From a virus: a DNA stretch of 64,000 bases. The DNA is taken from positions 22,209 to 86,208 of the IMG/VR virus record IMGVR_UViG_3300034175_000060. The stretch is one strand, 5' to 3'. The position numbers and the translations under genes are program-made. A model generated the notes under the pieces. That model saw only the letters and a list, made by a program, of their open reading frames with translations, ran no database searches and had not been told where the DNA came from. Every line of letters starts with the position of its first letter. The first letter of the stretch is position 1. Shown here one piece after another: positions 17,785 to 28,175 of the stretch.

Positions 17785-18506
17785 TGGATGAAAATATAGG
17801 TAAAGTGTTTGGTAGACTTACTGTCTTGGAGAAAACAGCCATTAAATCTAAGTACCATTACTCTTGCCAATGCTCTTGTGGCAACGTAAAAGAAATCTCC
17901 TTTGGGAATTTAGTAAAGAAGAACTCTCCAACATTGTCTTGCGGTTGCCTTAGAAATGAAAACATCACTAAAATTTGTGGTAAACATCTCATGGCAAAAA
18001 GTAAGGAGTATAAATCTTGGTCTAAAGTAAAAGAGCGTACAGGAAATCCTAAGACTCATAACTATTGTGATTATGGCGATAAAGGTTTTCTTTTGCAAGA
18101 TTCTTGGCATAGCTTTCAAGCATTCATAGATTATATGGGGTTGATGCCAAAAGACGGTAAGAGGTACACAATTGACAGGATTCAAAATCATCTAGGTTAT
18201 ATAGAAGGTAATGTGCGATGGGCTACCAACCACGAGCAAGCTCGAAATAAAACAAAGCCGAAGAATAACTCGTCAGGATTCGTGGGTGTTGCTTGGCATG
18301 ATAAACCCAGCCGTGATAAAACATCTTCACTACTTTACGCAACAGCTATTTGGTATGCTCTGGAGGGTAAAAAGAAGTCAAAGTGCTTTTCGGTAAAAAC
18401 TTACGGGCTACTCCCAGCCTTCAAACTTGCTGTAGAATATCGTAACAAAATGATTGCAGAGCTAAACTCCCAAGGTGCTGGCTACACTGAACTTCACGGT
18501 AAATAA
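17784..18506 (+). CDS. HNH-like endonuclease with AP2-like C-terminus
   Basis: GKVFGRLTV...CQCSCGN...SCGC, TIDRIQNHLGYIEGNVRWAT...QARN, NSSGFVGV. Confidence 0.8.
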   Translation: MDENIGKVFGRLTVLEKTAIKSKYHYSCQCSCGNVKEISFGNLVKKNSPTLSCGCLRNENITKICGKHLMAKSKEYKSWSKVKERTGNPKTHNYCDYGDKGFLLQDSWHSFQAFIDYMGLMPKDGKRYTIDRIQNHLGYIEGNVRWATNHEQARNKTKPKNNSSGFVGVAWHDKPSRDKTSSLLYATAIWYALEGKKKSKCFSVKTYGLLPAFKLAVEYRNKMIAELNSQGAGYTELHGK

Positions 18507-18514
18507 GGACTAAC

Positions 18515-19204
18515 ATGAAACACAACAAATCTAACGCACAACATCCTTTCCTGTCCTTGGGACAACCTCACGTCTTCACAGTCACAGGTTCTCCTCAGAA
18601 TATGAACTACAAAGTGACCATCAATGATGACTTTGACCATGCATCGCAATTTGAAGAAATTGTAGAAGTTTTGGACAGTGCACAAGAAGGTGACAGCCTG
18701 TATATTTCTCTGGCTACTGATGGTGGCTCTCTGTCTAGTATTCTCCCTCTGCTGGGAGCTATTGACAGTACGGAAGCACATGTGCATATCCACTGCGCCT
18801 CTGATGTAGCCTCTGCCGGTACTATGCTGCTGATGAAAGCTCACAGTATTTCCATTAATGACTATGTGACAGTGATGTTCCATGAGGTGAGCTTCGGTTC
18901 ACAAGGCAATGGTAGCCGTGTTGCTGTGCATGTAGGTCATGTACTGAAATCCTCAGAACGTCTCGTGCGAGAGATGTACAAGCACTTCTTCAACAAAGAG
19001 GAACTTGATAAAATGCTAAGTGGTTTTGAATTCTACATGGACAAAGAAGAGTTCTTGAAACGTTATGTCACACGTATGGAGTTGGAACAGAAGGATCAAG
19101 ATGACTTTGAAATGCAAGCTATGAAAGCATCCCGCCCAAAGCGTGTCAAGAAAGCTGCACCAAAGCTTGAAAAGATTGTTGACACTTCTGACAAACCTGA
19201 GTAA
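18515..19204 (+). CDS. ClpP-like serine protease
   Basis: LATDGGSL, VASAGTML, VMFHE motifs. Confidence 0.8.
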   Translation: MKHNKSNAQHPFLSLGQPHVFTVTGSPQNMNYKVTINDDFDHASQFEEIVEVLDSAQEGDSLYISLATDGGSLSSILPLLGAIDSTEAHVHIHCASDVASAGTMLLMKAHSISINDYVTVMFHEVSFGSQGNGSRVAVHVGHVLKSSERLVREMYKHFFNKEELDKMLSGFEFYMDKEEFLKRYVTRMELEQKDQDDFEMQAMKASRPKRVKKAAPKLEKIVDTSDKPE

Positions 19205-19216
19205 ACTAGATGTATT

Positions 19217-19252
19217 GGCCCTGTTTCAGCGAAGGCTGGCAGGGCTTTTCTT
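19217..19252 (+). terminator. Intrinsic terminator
   Basis: GGCCCTG...CAGGGCT followed by TTTCTT. Confidence 0.65.
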
Positions 19253-20162
19253 ATTTGTAACAAATATTGGAGAATAGAATGAATACGCCACGACCTTTTA
19301 CCAACCCACCTATGCCGGGTGTTGCTGAGAAACTAATCTACAAGAACGACTTGAAATCCGCTGTAGACCGTCTTGACACTTGCTGGAATAAAACTCAACT
19401 AGAAGACATCCTCAACAGTGTGAAATTCTTCGTACAGAAGATGGAGAAATAAATGCCTACCGTAAAAGATGAAGCACAGAAAGAGAAAGACGAAATGTTC
19501 CGCCAAATTAGGCACATGACAAACTTGTGCACTTGTCCAAGTTATATTACAATTACAGAATTGAATTATATTCTTAGTGTTCTGAAGGGTGAGAAATAAT
19601 GCTCCGCAGCCTATTCCAAGCCATCTTCGGAAGCTTCTCACGCAAGGCTGCGCAGGAAGCTAGGCGTATTGGAGATCATGATATGATTATGCGTATGATT
19701 GTCCAAGCTAATGCTATTGCACGTGGGGAGGAGATTTCAAATCCGTCTGGATTTACTCTCCCTAAACCTATTATTCCTGAACGTAGAAAGGTTGCCCGAT
19801 GAATAGTAATTTTGAGCAAGGTGAAGTAGATAGATATTGGCCTAAGAATCACGCTTTGGAATATTACAAGGCAATACTTGAAGGTTTGTTGGAGCGTATA
19901 GAACGTGTTAGAATGAAGATTATTGAATTGGAGAGGAAAGCACCATGAGACATTACCGTAGACACAGTTGCCTTGGGCCAGTTGGTAGCTATGTGCTGCT
20001 GATTCTTTTTGATGGTTGTGCTGATGGGAGGGTGTTGATAGGGTGGCTCTCATAGGAGGGCTTTTCTGTATTAGTAGTGCGCTATTTAGTTGTGTCCAAT
20101 ACAAGCTTGACAACTGTCAGAATTGTTATAAAATGGTAGTTCTACAGAAGAAAGGAATTATC

Positions 20163-20381
20163 ATGGCAAAAGTAAAATTCAGTAAAGACGTGGCACTATC
20201 TTATCGTGAGCAAGGAATGTCTCACCAAGAAATATCTGAAATTATGGGTTGTTCGCTGAAGTGGGTAAACAGTGCCTTGGTGGGAGTACCTAAAGGCAAC
20301 ATGCGTGTCCCTGTTGACGATACGAAGATTCAAGTCATGAATCTAGTTAGAGAACTGCTAGTGAAACTGGAGGCATTGTAA
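20163..20381 (+). CDS. Small HTH DNA-binding protein (paralog of 43340-43555)
   Basis: REQGMSHQEISEIMGCSLKWV; own promoter TTGACA-16-TAAAAT at 20107-20134. Confidence 0.75.
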   Translation: MAKVKFSKDVALSYREQGMSHQEISEIMGCSLKWVNSALVGVPKGNMRVPVDDTKIQVMNLVRELLVKLEAL

Positions 20382-21577
20382 TGTTGGGTACGCGAATTAA
20401 AACTATCAACTTCGGCTGGTGTGAAGCTATCTCTGACATGTATGTAATTGAAGGTAAGAAATCTCGTGGTGGTTGGGTTGATGTCAAGTTTGACAACACC
20501 GGTTATGTGAAGAGAAATGTCATAGTTGATTTCTTCAATCAAGGTTGCGTGCGCGACTCCAGCATACCTATTGTAATCGAGATTGGTCAGATATACCACA
20601 CAAATCTTTCTGGTGATGTGAAGATTATTGGAGGGGATAGAAATCTAAATATCCAGATTGAGTTTCTGGAGAGCGGCAATACTTACAAAGCGCAGAAAGA
20701 CGCACTTCTCACAGGATTTGTTAAGGACAAACCATCTGTTGACAAAAGGCTGGTTAAGGAAGAGGAAGAAAAGCAACACAGGAAGTATGTTGCAGAATGT
20801 GAAGCTTCTGTGAGAAAGAACGCAGAAGAACATGCTAAACGCATCAAACAGGCTAAGAAGGATGAACGTGCGAAGTTAATCAAAGAACACAAAGAATTTG
20901 TTGAAGCTTCTAAGCAGGAACGAAAACATAAGAACGAATCGTTGCTTCAGAAAGCGTTAGATTTCTCTTATGTGCAAATCGACCAAACTACTTACAGTGC
21001 AGGGCTTCTTAACGTTGATTTCAAAGATATAGAGGGTAAGTGGGTGTTGCGATACAGAAATCCTAAGACCAAAGATTTCGTTCAAACTCGCTTAGGTAAA
21101 CTCCATAACAACATGACCCAACGAGGAAAGAAAGATTCTGCACTGCAAGACGTACATAACAAATCCTACAACGGTGTCTCCGTAAGCGAAGAGTTCAAGA
21201 ATGCACAAACATTCTGTGACTGGGCGGTACAGCAACCCGGATGGGGCTTAGGTTATGATCTTGAGAAAGATTTATTGGTAGACGGCAACCGAGAGTACTC
21301 TTCTGAAGCTTGCTGCTTCCTGCCTGCGGACTTGAACATGGTTATTGCTTTCAAAGGTAAAGTTGATTGTATTAAGAGCGGAGAGTGTTATACAGCACGA
21401 GCTTCGGCAAGAGGTGAGAGTTTTGTCCTCGGTAGATTTGAGACTGAGGAAGAGGCAACTTCGGCTTGTCTTGAATACAAACACGAGAGGGCCATGAAAC
21501 TACTTGAGATATTCAAGCCGTACATTTCTCCCAAAGCTGTAGATAAGTTAATTGAGCTATTTGGAAAATCTCATTGA
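20381..21577 (+). CDS. HNH-like ('DKD'-type) endonuclease-domain protein with central coiled coil
   Basis: VSEEFKNAQTFCDWA...DLEKDLL..GNREYSSEACCFLP..LN and AP2-like LGRFETEEEA. Confidence 0.65.
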   Translation: MLGTRIKTINFGWCEAISDMYVIEGKKSRGGWVDVKFDNTGYVKRNVIVDFFNQGCVRDSSIPIVIEIGQIYHTNLSGDVKIIGGDRNLNIQIEFLESGNTYKAQKDALLTGFVKDKPSVDKRLVKEEEEKQHRKYVAECEASVRKNAEEHAKRIKQAKKDERAKLIKEHKEFVEASKQERKHKNESLLQKALDFSYVQIDQTTYSAGLLNVDFKDIEGKWVLRYRNPKTKDFVQTRLGKLHNNMTQRGKKDSALQDVHNKSYNGVSVSEEFKNAQTFCDWAVQQPGWGLGYDLEKDLLVDGNREYSSEACCFLPADLNMVIAFKGKVDCIKSGECYTARASARGESFVLGRFETEEEATSACLEYKHERAMKLLEIFKPYISPKAVDKLIELFGKSH

Positions 21578-21629
21578 CTTTTGAGACAGCTATCTATATA
21601 ATTACTACATCAACTTACAAGGAGAATTC

Positions 21630-22295
21630 ATGAAACGTTTTGCTTATCTTCGTTGCAGTAGTGACGTACAAAGTACGGATCACCAAAAGAATACTATCAT
21701 TCAGAGTGGGTATGTTCCAGATGTTTGGTATTCAGAAGACGGTGTATCTGGTACTACGTCTGCTAGTAAACGCCCAGAGTTTCAGAAGATGATGCTAGAG
21801 GCAGTGGAAGGAGACGAAGTTTTGGTATTTGCTGTAGATCGCCTTGGTAGGAGGGCTGCTGACATCCTTCAAACGGTAGAATTATTCATCGAAAAGAAGA
21901 TCAAACTACGTATCCATGCTTTCGACAATCTAGACATCACAAGTATGTATGGCAAAGTTTTGGTGCAGTTCTTGGCTGTGTTCGCGGAACTGGATCGTGC
22001 TCAGATCATTGCACGCTGTGTCAGCGGAAATCAAAAGAAGAAAGATGCTGGTGTTATCCTTGGCAGAGGCTTCACTATTCCGCCTGAAATTTTGGAAAAT
22101 TTAAAAATCGATCAAGATTCTGGTATGACTCTAAATGAACTGGCGGGGAAATATGACATCAATCGAGCCACAATCAGTCGGAATCTTATTGAATGGGGAA
22201 GCAATCTCAGTGAGTACGAAACCCGCTGGAATACATTCCAACAGCAGAAAGAAGATCGTCGTTTGAGTAAGATTGCCAAGCTTCAAAACACGTAA
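21630..22295 (+). CDS. Small serine recombinase (resolvase/invertase family)
   Basis: FAYLRCSS (catalytic Ser), SG...RPEF, VDRLGR, AELDR...GVILGR, C-terminal HTH. Promoter TTGACT-17-TATAAT upstream. Confidence 0.92.
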   Translation: MKRFAYLRCSSDVQSTDHQKNTIIQSGYVPDVWYSEDGVSGTTSASKRPEFQKMMLEAVEGDEVLVFAVDRLGRRAADILQTVELFIEKKIKLRIHAFDNLDITSMYGKVLVQFLAVFAELDRAQIIARCVSGNQKKKDAGVILGRGFTIPPEILENLKIDQDSGMTLNELAGKYDINRATISRNLIEWGSNLSEYETRWNTFQQQKEDRRLSKIAKLQNT

Positions 22296-22310
22296 TTATA
22301 AATTCATTCG

Positions 22311-22345
22311 AGGGAGACACTTACACAGTGGACTCCCTTTATTTT
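22311..22345 (+). terminator. Terminator after the resolvase gene
   Basis: AGGGAG-ACACT...AGTG-GA-CTCCCT followed by TTATTTT. Confidence 0.65.
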
Positions 22346-22999
22346 CGCCCAAATTTCTCTATAAAATTTTTTTAGAATCACCCTCCCAATCCCACCTCAA
22401 ATAACCCTTAATAGAACTTATTTTGTAGGTTATTCCACCATTTATACCACTTATTTTCTCTTAAATAGTGCCATTTTGGTGCGATTATTTCAGTAAATTA
22501 TTTTCAAATTTAATTGGACAGAAGCTGTCGTGTGGTTTAACAGGCAGGACACCACGGCTGGAATGTTGTCTAAACTGCACCAAATATCTCGTTGAGTAAA
22601 TCCAATGAGATGGAGTGTTGCTTTCAGAGCAATCACCAATACGCATAACACTATCCCTCATAGCACCTCTATCCATCACCCTACCCACCACCTATAATCC
22701 CTTTCTAATCAGCTACATACGCCCCTCTGTGAGCCTCGTGAGCGAAGCGAGCTACCCTCCCACATATACCACTATCACGCCTCCTGTAGCGCCTCTGTCA
22801 ATAACTCCCATCCCATTGTGATAGCAGCCTGACAACTGTTGTTCTCATGTAACTTATTGCACATCGGTAATGTTATCTAGGAGAAACATTATATGATAAC
22901 TAGACTGGTCAGTACAGTTATGAATAAATTCCGCGATAAAGAACACTCTTGTGAATGGGGATGATATTTGAGGGTTTAATACCGAACGGTAAAGAAGAG

Positions 23000-23040
23000 T
23001 TATCCCAAGTTATACACAGGGTTATCCACAGTTGTCACAA
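23000..23040 (+). promoter_or_regulatory. Tandem DnaA-box-like cluster
   Basis: TTATCCCAA, TTATACACA (23010-18), TTATCCACA (23022-30) and TTGTCACAA, all co-oriented in non-coding DNA. Confidence 0.65.
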
Positions 23041-23560
23041 TAGCATGTATTATGTGTGAATACAGGTGTATTGTCAGGCTACCTGATATAGATAGGATAG
23101 GCCACAGATAGGGCCTGTGAGGACTACCACCTGTGTACATACACATAGCCTAGCACAATAACAAAACCCACCGTGTAGGTGGGGCGAGTGTAACGAGAAA
23201 GCGCCCCGTAGGACGCCTTGTATGGATGTTATTGTGAGAGTTGTTAGCCGATCATAACCTTGTGTGCGGTTGCTTCGTCCCACCGCGCTTTGATGTCAGC
23301 ATAAACAGCTTCGGCCAATTCATCGTTGTTCAACACCGCTGCCAATACTTTCAAGTTTGACAAACCGTTATAGCCTTCACCGTTAACCAGCGCTTCTGCA
23401 ATCTCTTCTACATCCATACCGTTGATGATTACTGGATTGTTTGCGTTGTTCATGATGTTTTCCTTTGTTTGGGTTGTTTGCTACTGAGACTTCATAATAC
23501 AACGCATTTAGCCCACATGCAAGCCTTATTTGCACATGAGCGTAAGCGAATGTTGTGTTG

Positions 23561-23893
23561 TTATTTGACCACTTTAACAGAGTAAGTAGCAGTGTCACCC
23601 TTGAATCCGCTATTCTCATTATATTGCTTACGTGCTTGCTTCAGAGCATCATTTCTATCATATGCAACAACTTCCGTCTTATACTCTTCCGAACTCCAGC
23701 CCGAACCGTACGATTGATAGTTAGGAGTAATGGTTACAGAGAAGGTTTTGAAGCTCTTCTTAGGTTTTGCTACCGCTACAGTACCACTAAGCTTTTCTTC
23801 CAGTTGCTGTACAGTTCCTTCAGTATATCCGCCTTCGGTGATGTAGAAGATTTCTTTGCCTTCGCGGGTCAGTTTGCCGATACGTGCGTCCAT
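23561..23893 (-). CDS. Hypothetical early protein
   Basis: AAGGAG SD; MDARIGKLTREGK...; own promoter upstream. Confidence 0.7.
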   Translation of the reverse strand: MDARIGKLTREGKEIFYITEGGYTEGTVQQLEEKLSGTVAVAKPKKSFKTFSVTITPNYQSYGSGWSSEEYKTEVVAYDRNDALKQARKQYNENSGFKGDTATYSVKVVK

Positions 23894-24596
23894 TTGAAAC
23901 TCCTTGTTTTGCTGTGTTTGTTTGCACTTCCAATACAAACCATTCTACACGCTTCCCAGCCGAACACAAGCAATTTCTACACAATCTAATCTTGTCTCTT
24001 CTCTGCAACAGCAAGCGTCGCACCCCTACAACCATACGTCACCCACACTTGTTCCGCCTCATATTCTGGAATAGCTTCTCTATAGATAATTTCATAGAAC
24101 GGGTATGGAGTGTATGCACTTGTCTTTCTAAAGGATTCGTACATATATTCTAACAGTGTTTCATTACTCTGCATAATATTCATCCTTATACCGCCAGTGG
24201 TTGCAATAATGCGGAACAGGCTCATGATAAAAGATAACAGGCACTTTCTTCCACACCCATTGCAGCCACGCTATGCGCCCATCAGCAAGCCGTTTAGGCC
24301 ACAGGGCATACACATGTAGCCTGTTATTGTACAGATGCTCTAAGTGTGCTTGAGAGGCTTTGTATCGTTCTTCTTTAGTTTTACCTAGGAGCATATTATT
24401 CCTCATTCCTCTTCATCAAATAAAACGCATACATATCATTCGTACGTGGCTTAGGGCATTCCCCTTTAGACGGCTTACAAGCTATCTCCACACCCATAAC
24501 CACCTTCACCACTGTAACGGGATAGCCTAACGTGCAGCGAGCTATGTAGCCTGTTTCTAAGGCTTTGCAGCGTGTGCATGTTCGGGCTTTCATAGG

Positions 24597-25088
24597 TTAT
24601 TCCTTTGGGGAATTAGGAAGCTTGCGCCAATGTGTTACAACACCCTCGACAATTTCATGGTCACGTGAATGTTGCCACTTGCCATCTGCAACATAGGCCA
24701 TCATAACACTGCTATCGTCTTTACAGACAATCAAAAAGTCTACCAAATGAGAATCAGGCATCCCATCAGCAACACTATGCCATTTACTCTTCTTAGCCTT
24801 CTTTACAGCAGCTTGGGAATGCTTGGCTATTCCGCGCTCCGCTTGTCCTTCGCTATGGCGTCGGATGAATTTCTCTGTGTCTTTAGTTTCGTATTCTGTG
24901 TATTCTTCAAAACCACCGCCAGCAGGATTGTGAACCAATTCGCCATCACTATCTGCAAAGATATAAGCTGCATTGAGATACTGAGCGTCAGAACCACTAT
25001 ACCAGTGATAGCCTAACGTTTTAATCAGCACACACTGCAACCGCTCAGATTGTTCTGGATTATCTACTTTAAATTTATAAGCTTTCAT
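24597..25088 (-). CDS. DUF551-like domain protein
   Basis: C-terminal WHSVADGMP...VTHWRKLPNSP. Confidence 0.7.
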   Translation of the reverse strand: MKAYKFKVDNPEQSERLQCVLIKTLGYHWYSGSDAQYLNAAYIFADSDGELVHNPAGGGFEEYTEYETKDTEKFIRRHSEGQAERGIAKHSQAAVKKAKKSKWHSVADGMPDSHLVDFLIVCKDDSSVMMAYVADGKWQHSRDHEIVEGVVTHWRKLPNSPKE

Positions 25089-26650
25089 ATCATTCGTCCT
25101 CATACTTAATAAGCGAAGTGCTTTTCAGCAAAGAAACATAAGTGGCATCCTTGTAAGCTTGTTCTTCGCTGGGGAAATACTTTTCAGATAGCTGCTCAGT
25201 TTTATCATTGTACCAAAACCATTTACTGCTGCAAAGTGCTTGTTGGGCAACATAACCAAAACTCTGCGCGTGTTCTTTATAAGTTTTCATGTTATTCCTC
25301 TGTTGTCGATGTATTGATCATAATCTGCTTAGGAAGCTGTGTCAAGGGATTTGTGAGGATTGTTGTTATTGTGTATCACCAAAGATTTTATACACTGTAT
25401 CCGCATCAATTTCCACCAAGCCATCTTCTGCCAGATTGCACGCTGTACGAATCTTTCGATACTCTTCTGTGGCTTCTTTACCCCAATGATTCAGTAATTG
25501 CCACTGTCCCCGATATTCTTTATCCATACGTTTCATAGCCTCAAACCGGCTAGGCTTCCTGAACAGGAAGAATCCAGTAAGATACTTGTCCACAAGCTTA
25601 TTCTGCTCCGCTTGAATCTCTTTGAGCAATGTCTGCTCGTATTTGAAAGCTGCCTCTCGCAGTTTGTAATAGTTTAGTTTTATTGTAATCATTATTGCTC
25701 CACATTTGTTATCTCAGGCGTATCATCAGAATCTAAATGCCAGTATTCATCAACATCATATCCTCCTTCGATACGCACATCAGCCATAGTCCTAGAATTA
25801 GCTATCTCGATGGCTCCCTCTTCGGAATCAGCTTCTACCTCAGTACAGCAGGATACAGTAACGCTTCCGTGTATTTGATAGAGCATGTCAATACCCCATC
25901 AGTAACAACGACTAACAACACTACCACCGGGCATCACATCTGCTGTGCAAGTGGTAGTGTTGCCAAAATAGTCAGTTGACGTAAGCGTGCTTCCCAACGA
26001 ATTGCTTGTAAGCTCCACAGAAGGCTTTTGCACTGTAGCGGCTAGCGCAAGGAAGAGACATAGGGCAATGACAAATGTTACGAGGAGGGTTTCTGGTTTC
26101 ATTTTGCACTCCGTTTAAATGGTTTCATGATAAGGGGTTCCTTTTAGGTGGATTTATACTGCTCTTGTAAATATTGTTCCTGTTCGTGCAGCATGTCAAG
26201 CCATTCTTGTAATTGCTGTTGTTCTGGCGTCATGCAACCTCCAATATAATACTAGGCAAATTCAATTCTACACCCTTCCACCACTTGCACAAGGTTTCTT
26301 TCTCCTTAGCTGTGCAATAGTAGCCTAGAAGCTCCCAAAAAGCATGTAGGCGCTTGTTTGTCTCAACACCGGGCGGATGCTCTATATGGTCTGACAAGAT
26401 GCGCAGGTAGTCGCTAATGAGGACGGCTTTGCACACTTCATATTGTTGATCGTCTGTAAGTTCAATATTCATAATTCCACCACATAGCCAACTTCAATTA
26501 ATCGATTATCCACAGGATGCTGAATATACACATTAGCATCACACGGCTTACCATCTCGCAGACAACGAGTTTTCACCATATCGCGACCTAGGTCGTCTAG
26601 TTCGGCGGGGTCTTGCAATAGCTCTATAACTTCGTATTTCATATCAATCC

Positions 26651-27940
26651 TTATTTAGAACAATCTTCAACTTGCAGAATACCATCTTCTAACCAATTCA
26701 TTTTCATACTCACAACTCTGTCAACCTCGACAACTCGTTTATACGCATAGCTCATAGCGTCCACAAGCTTATCGGCATTCTTACGTTGTACTATAAATGA
26801 ATCGTGCACAACTAAAACAGGCTGTTGAATCTTTACAAACTCATCTAGTACGTAATGAGCAATCCAGCTATCTTTATTCTGTAGCACCAATCCTGTGCAC
26901 TCTTTGTTGCAGAACTTGCTTTTGAATTCCGGCAGCTTCTTATAGACTTCCTTTACAACCTCATCACCGGAGCTATAACAGAATGTTCCTTTCGGTTCCT
27001 CCGCAATTAGATCGTCAATAGCATTCTTTGCTTTGTACTCAGACGTAGCATTGAGCATAATGTTTATGCCAAGCTTTACAAGCCGTCTATTGTCTGTGCT
27101 ATAATTTTGCTTGTCTAGCACATGGTAGTAGATATCCATACCTCTATACTTACTAACACACATTATATCAGAAAGCATGTTAATGTGCAAGCAATCGAAG
27201 TCAATCTCAACAATAGATTCACCGTCAATTGTTGTTCTCAGTCGATCTTTAGTTTTCTTGTTCTTGATCTTGAGAATAGCAGCTTTGAACCACCGACCGC
27301 CAAAGAAGAAAGATTCATTGTTGAATATCCTACCATACATGTTCACCATGAAGCTACCGGCATAGTCTAGGAATATGTGATTAGAATTCAATTGATTGAC
27401 GGCAAATACAACACGCTCGGCCTCTACTAGTTCCTCTGTGAACTCATAAGCTATAGGATTCTTATTCTTGTCTCTTAGTTCGATACTTACATTGGCAAGA
27501 ATATGGTTATCCTCGGCTGTTGTCACTAACTCAGGCTTAGCACAGAACTTATCAATAAAGCTATCGGAGGGAACAACATACGATGACTGCTTATCTCCAA
27601 TGTCACCATATTGCCTAGGAGCAAGGTAATTGAACAGATAGCCTAGCTGTTGTAGTTCAGCCACAGCATTGTATATGTTATAATTAGATAGCTTACGTAC
27701 ATTGTAGATAGAAGGCAAGATACCTGTCTTACCTCTGAGATAGTATAGTCTCTGTCTACGCTTGACACAAGCAATCATATTCATGATGACAACATGTAAA
27801 GCTGATCTATTCTTAGTCTTCCATCGTTCAGTGATCTTCCTCACTCTCTTGTCTATCTCTATGTTTAGCATCATCACCTTACTGTTACTAGTGTATGATT
27901 GTGTGCTTAGTGTTATCCCTTCTTCTGTTACTGTAATCAT
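26651..27940 (-). CDS. Orphan DNA/RNA polymerase-superfamily (PolA-like palm) protein
   Basis: GRIFN...GGRWF, motif A-like IVEIDFDCLH, motif B-like RRLVKLGINIMLNA, LQNKDS and motif C-like VVHDSFIV. Confidence 0.7.
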   Translation of the reverse strand: MITVTEEGITLSTQSYTSNSKVMMLNIEIDKRVRKITERWKTKNRSALHVVIMNMIACVKRRQRLYYLRGKTGILPSIYNVRKLSNYNIYNAVAELQQLGYLFNYLAPRQYGDIGDKQSSYVVPSDSFIDKFCAKPELVTTAEDNHILANVSIELRDKNKNPIAYEFTEELVEAERVVFAVNQLNSNHIFLDYAGSFMVNMYGRIFNNESFFFGGRWFKAAILKIKNKKTKDRLRTTIDGESIVEIDFDCLHINMLSDIMCVSKYRGMDIYYHVLDKQNYSTDNRRLVKLGINIMLNATSEYKAKNAIDDLIAEEPKGTFCYSSGDEVVKEVYKKLPEFKSKFCNKECTGLVLQNKDSWIAHYVLDEFVKIQQPVLVVHDSFIVQRKNADKLVDAMSYAYKRVVEVDRVVSMKMNWLEDGILQVEDCSK

Positions 27941-28111
27941 CTATTCCTCTTGTAGTCTCTTCAGCTAGGCTAGTAGTCCTCCGCAGGTCAGGCGGGCTTA
28001 CTCATTATGGCATGAAATCAACGCCTAAAAGCCCACAAAGCTAGGCTGTATGCGGGTTCTAAGGCATTTCATAGTGGGTTATTGGTGAAAATCACCCTTC
28101 ACATAACGATC

Positions 28112-28139
28112 ATTGTACAGCAAGCCTGCACACAGTCAA
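28112..28139 (-). promoter_or_regulatory. Promoter for the polymerase-like gene, followed by a ~165-nt structured leader
   Basis: TTGACT-16-TACAAT. Confidence 0.7.
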
Positions 28140-28175
28140 GACAATTATAACTATCACCACAATAGCAATCAACTA

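Noticed and set aside
26506-26514. Single DnaA box TTATCCACA
   Set aside because: Isolated and inside a small coding region; plausible by chance.
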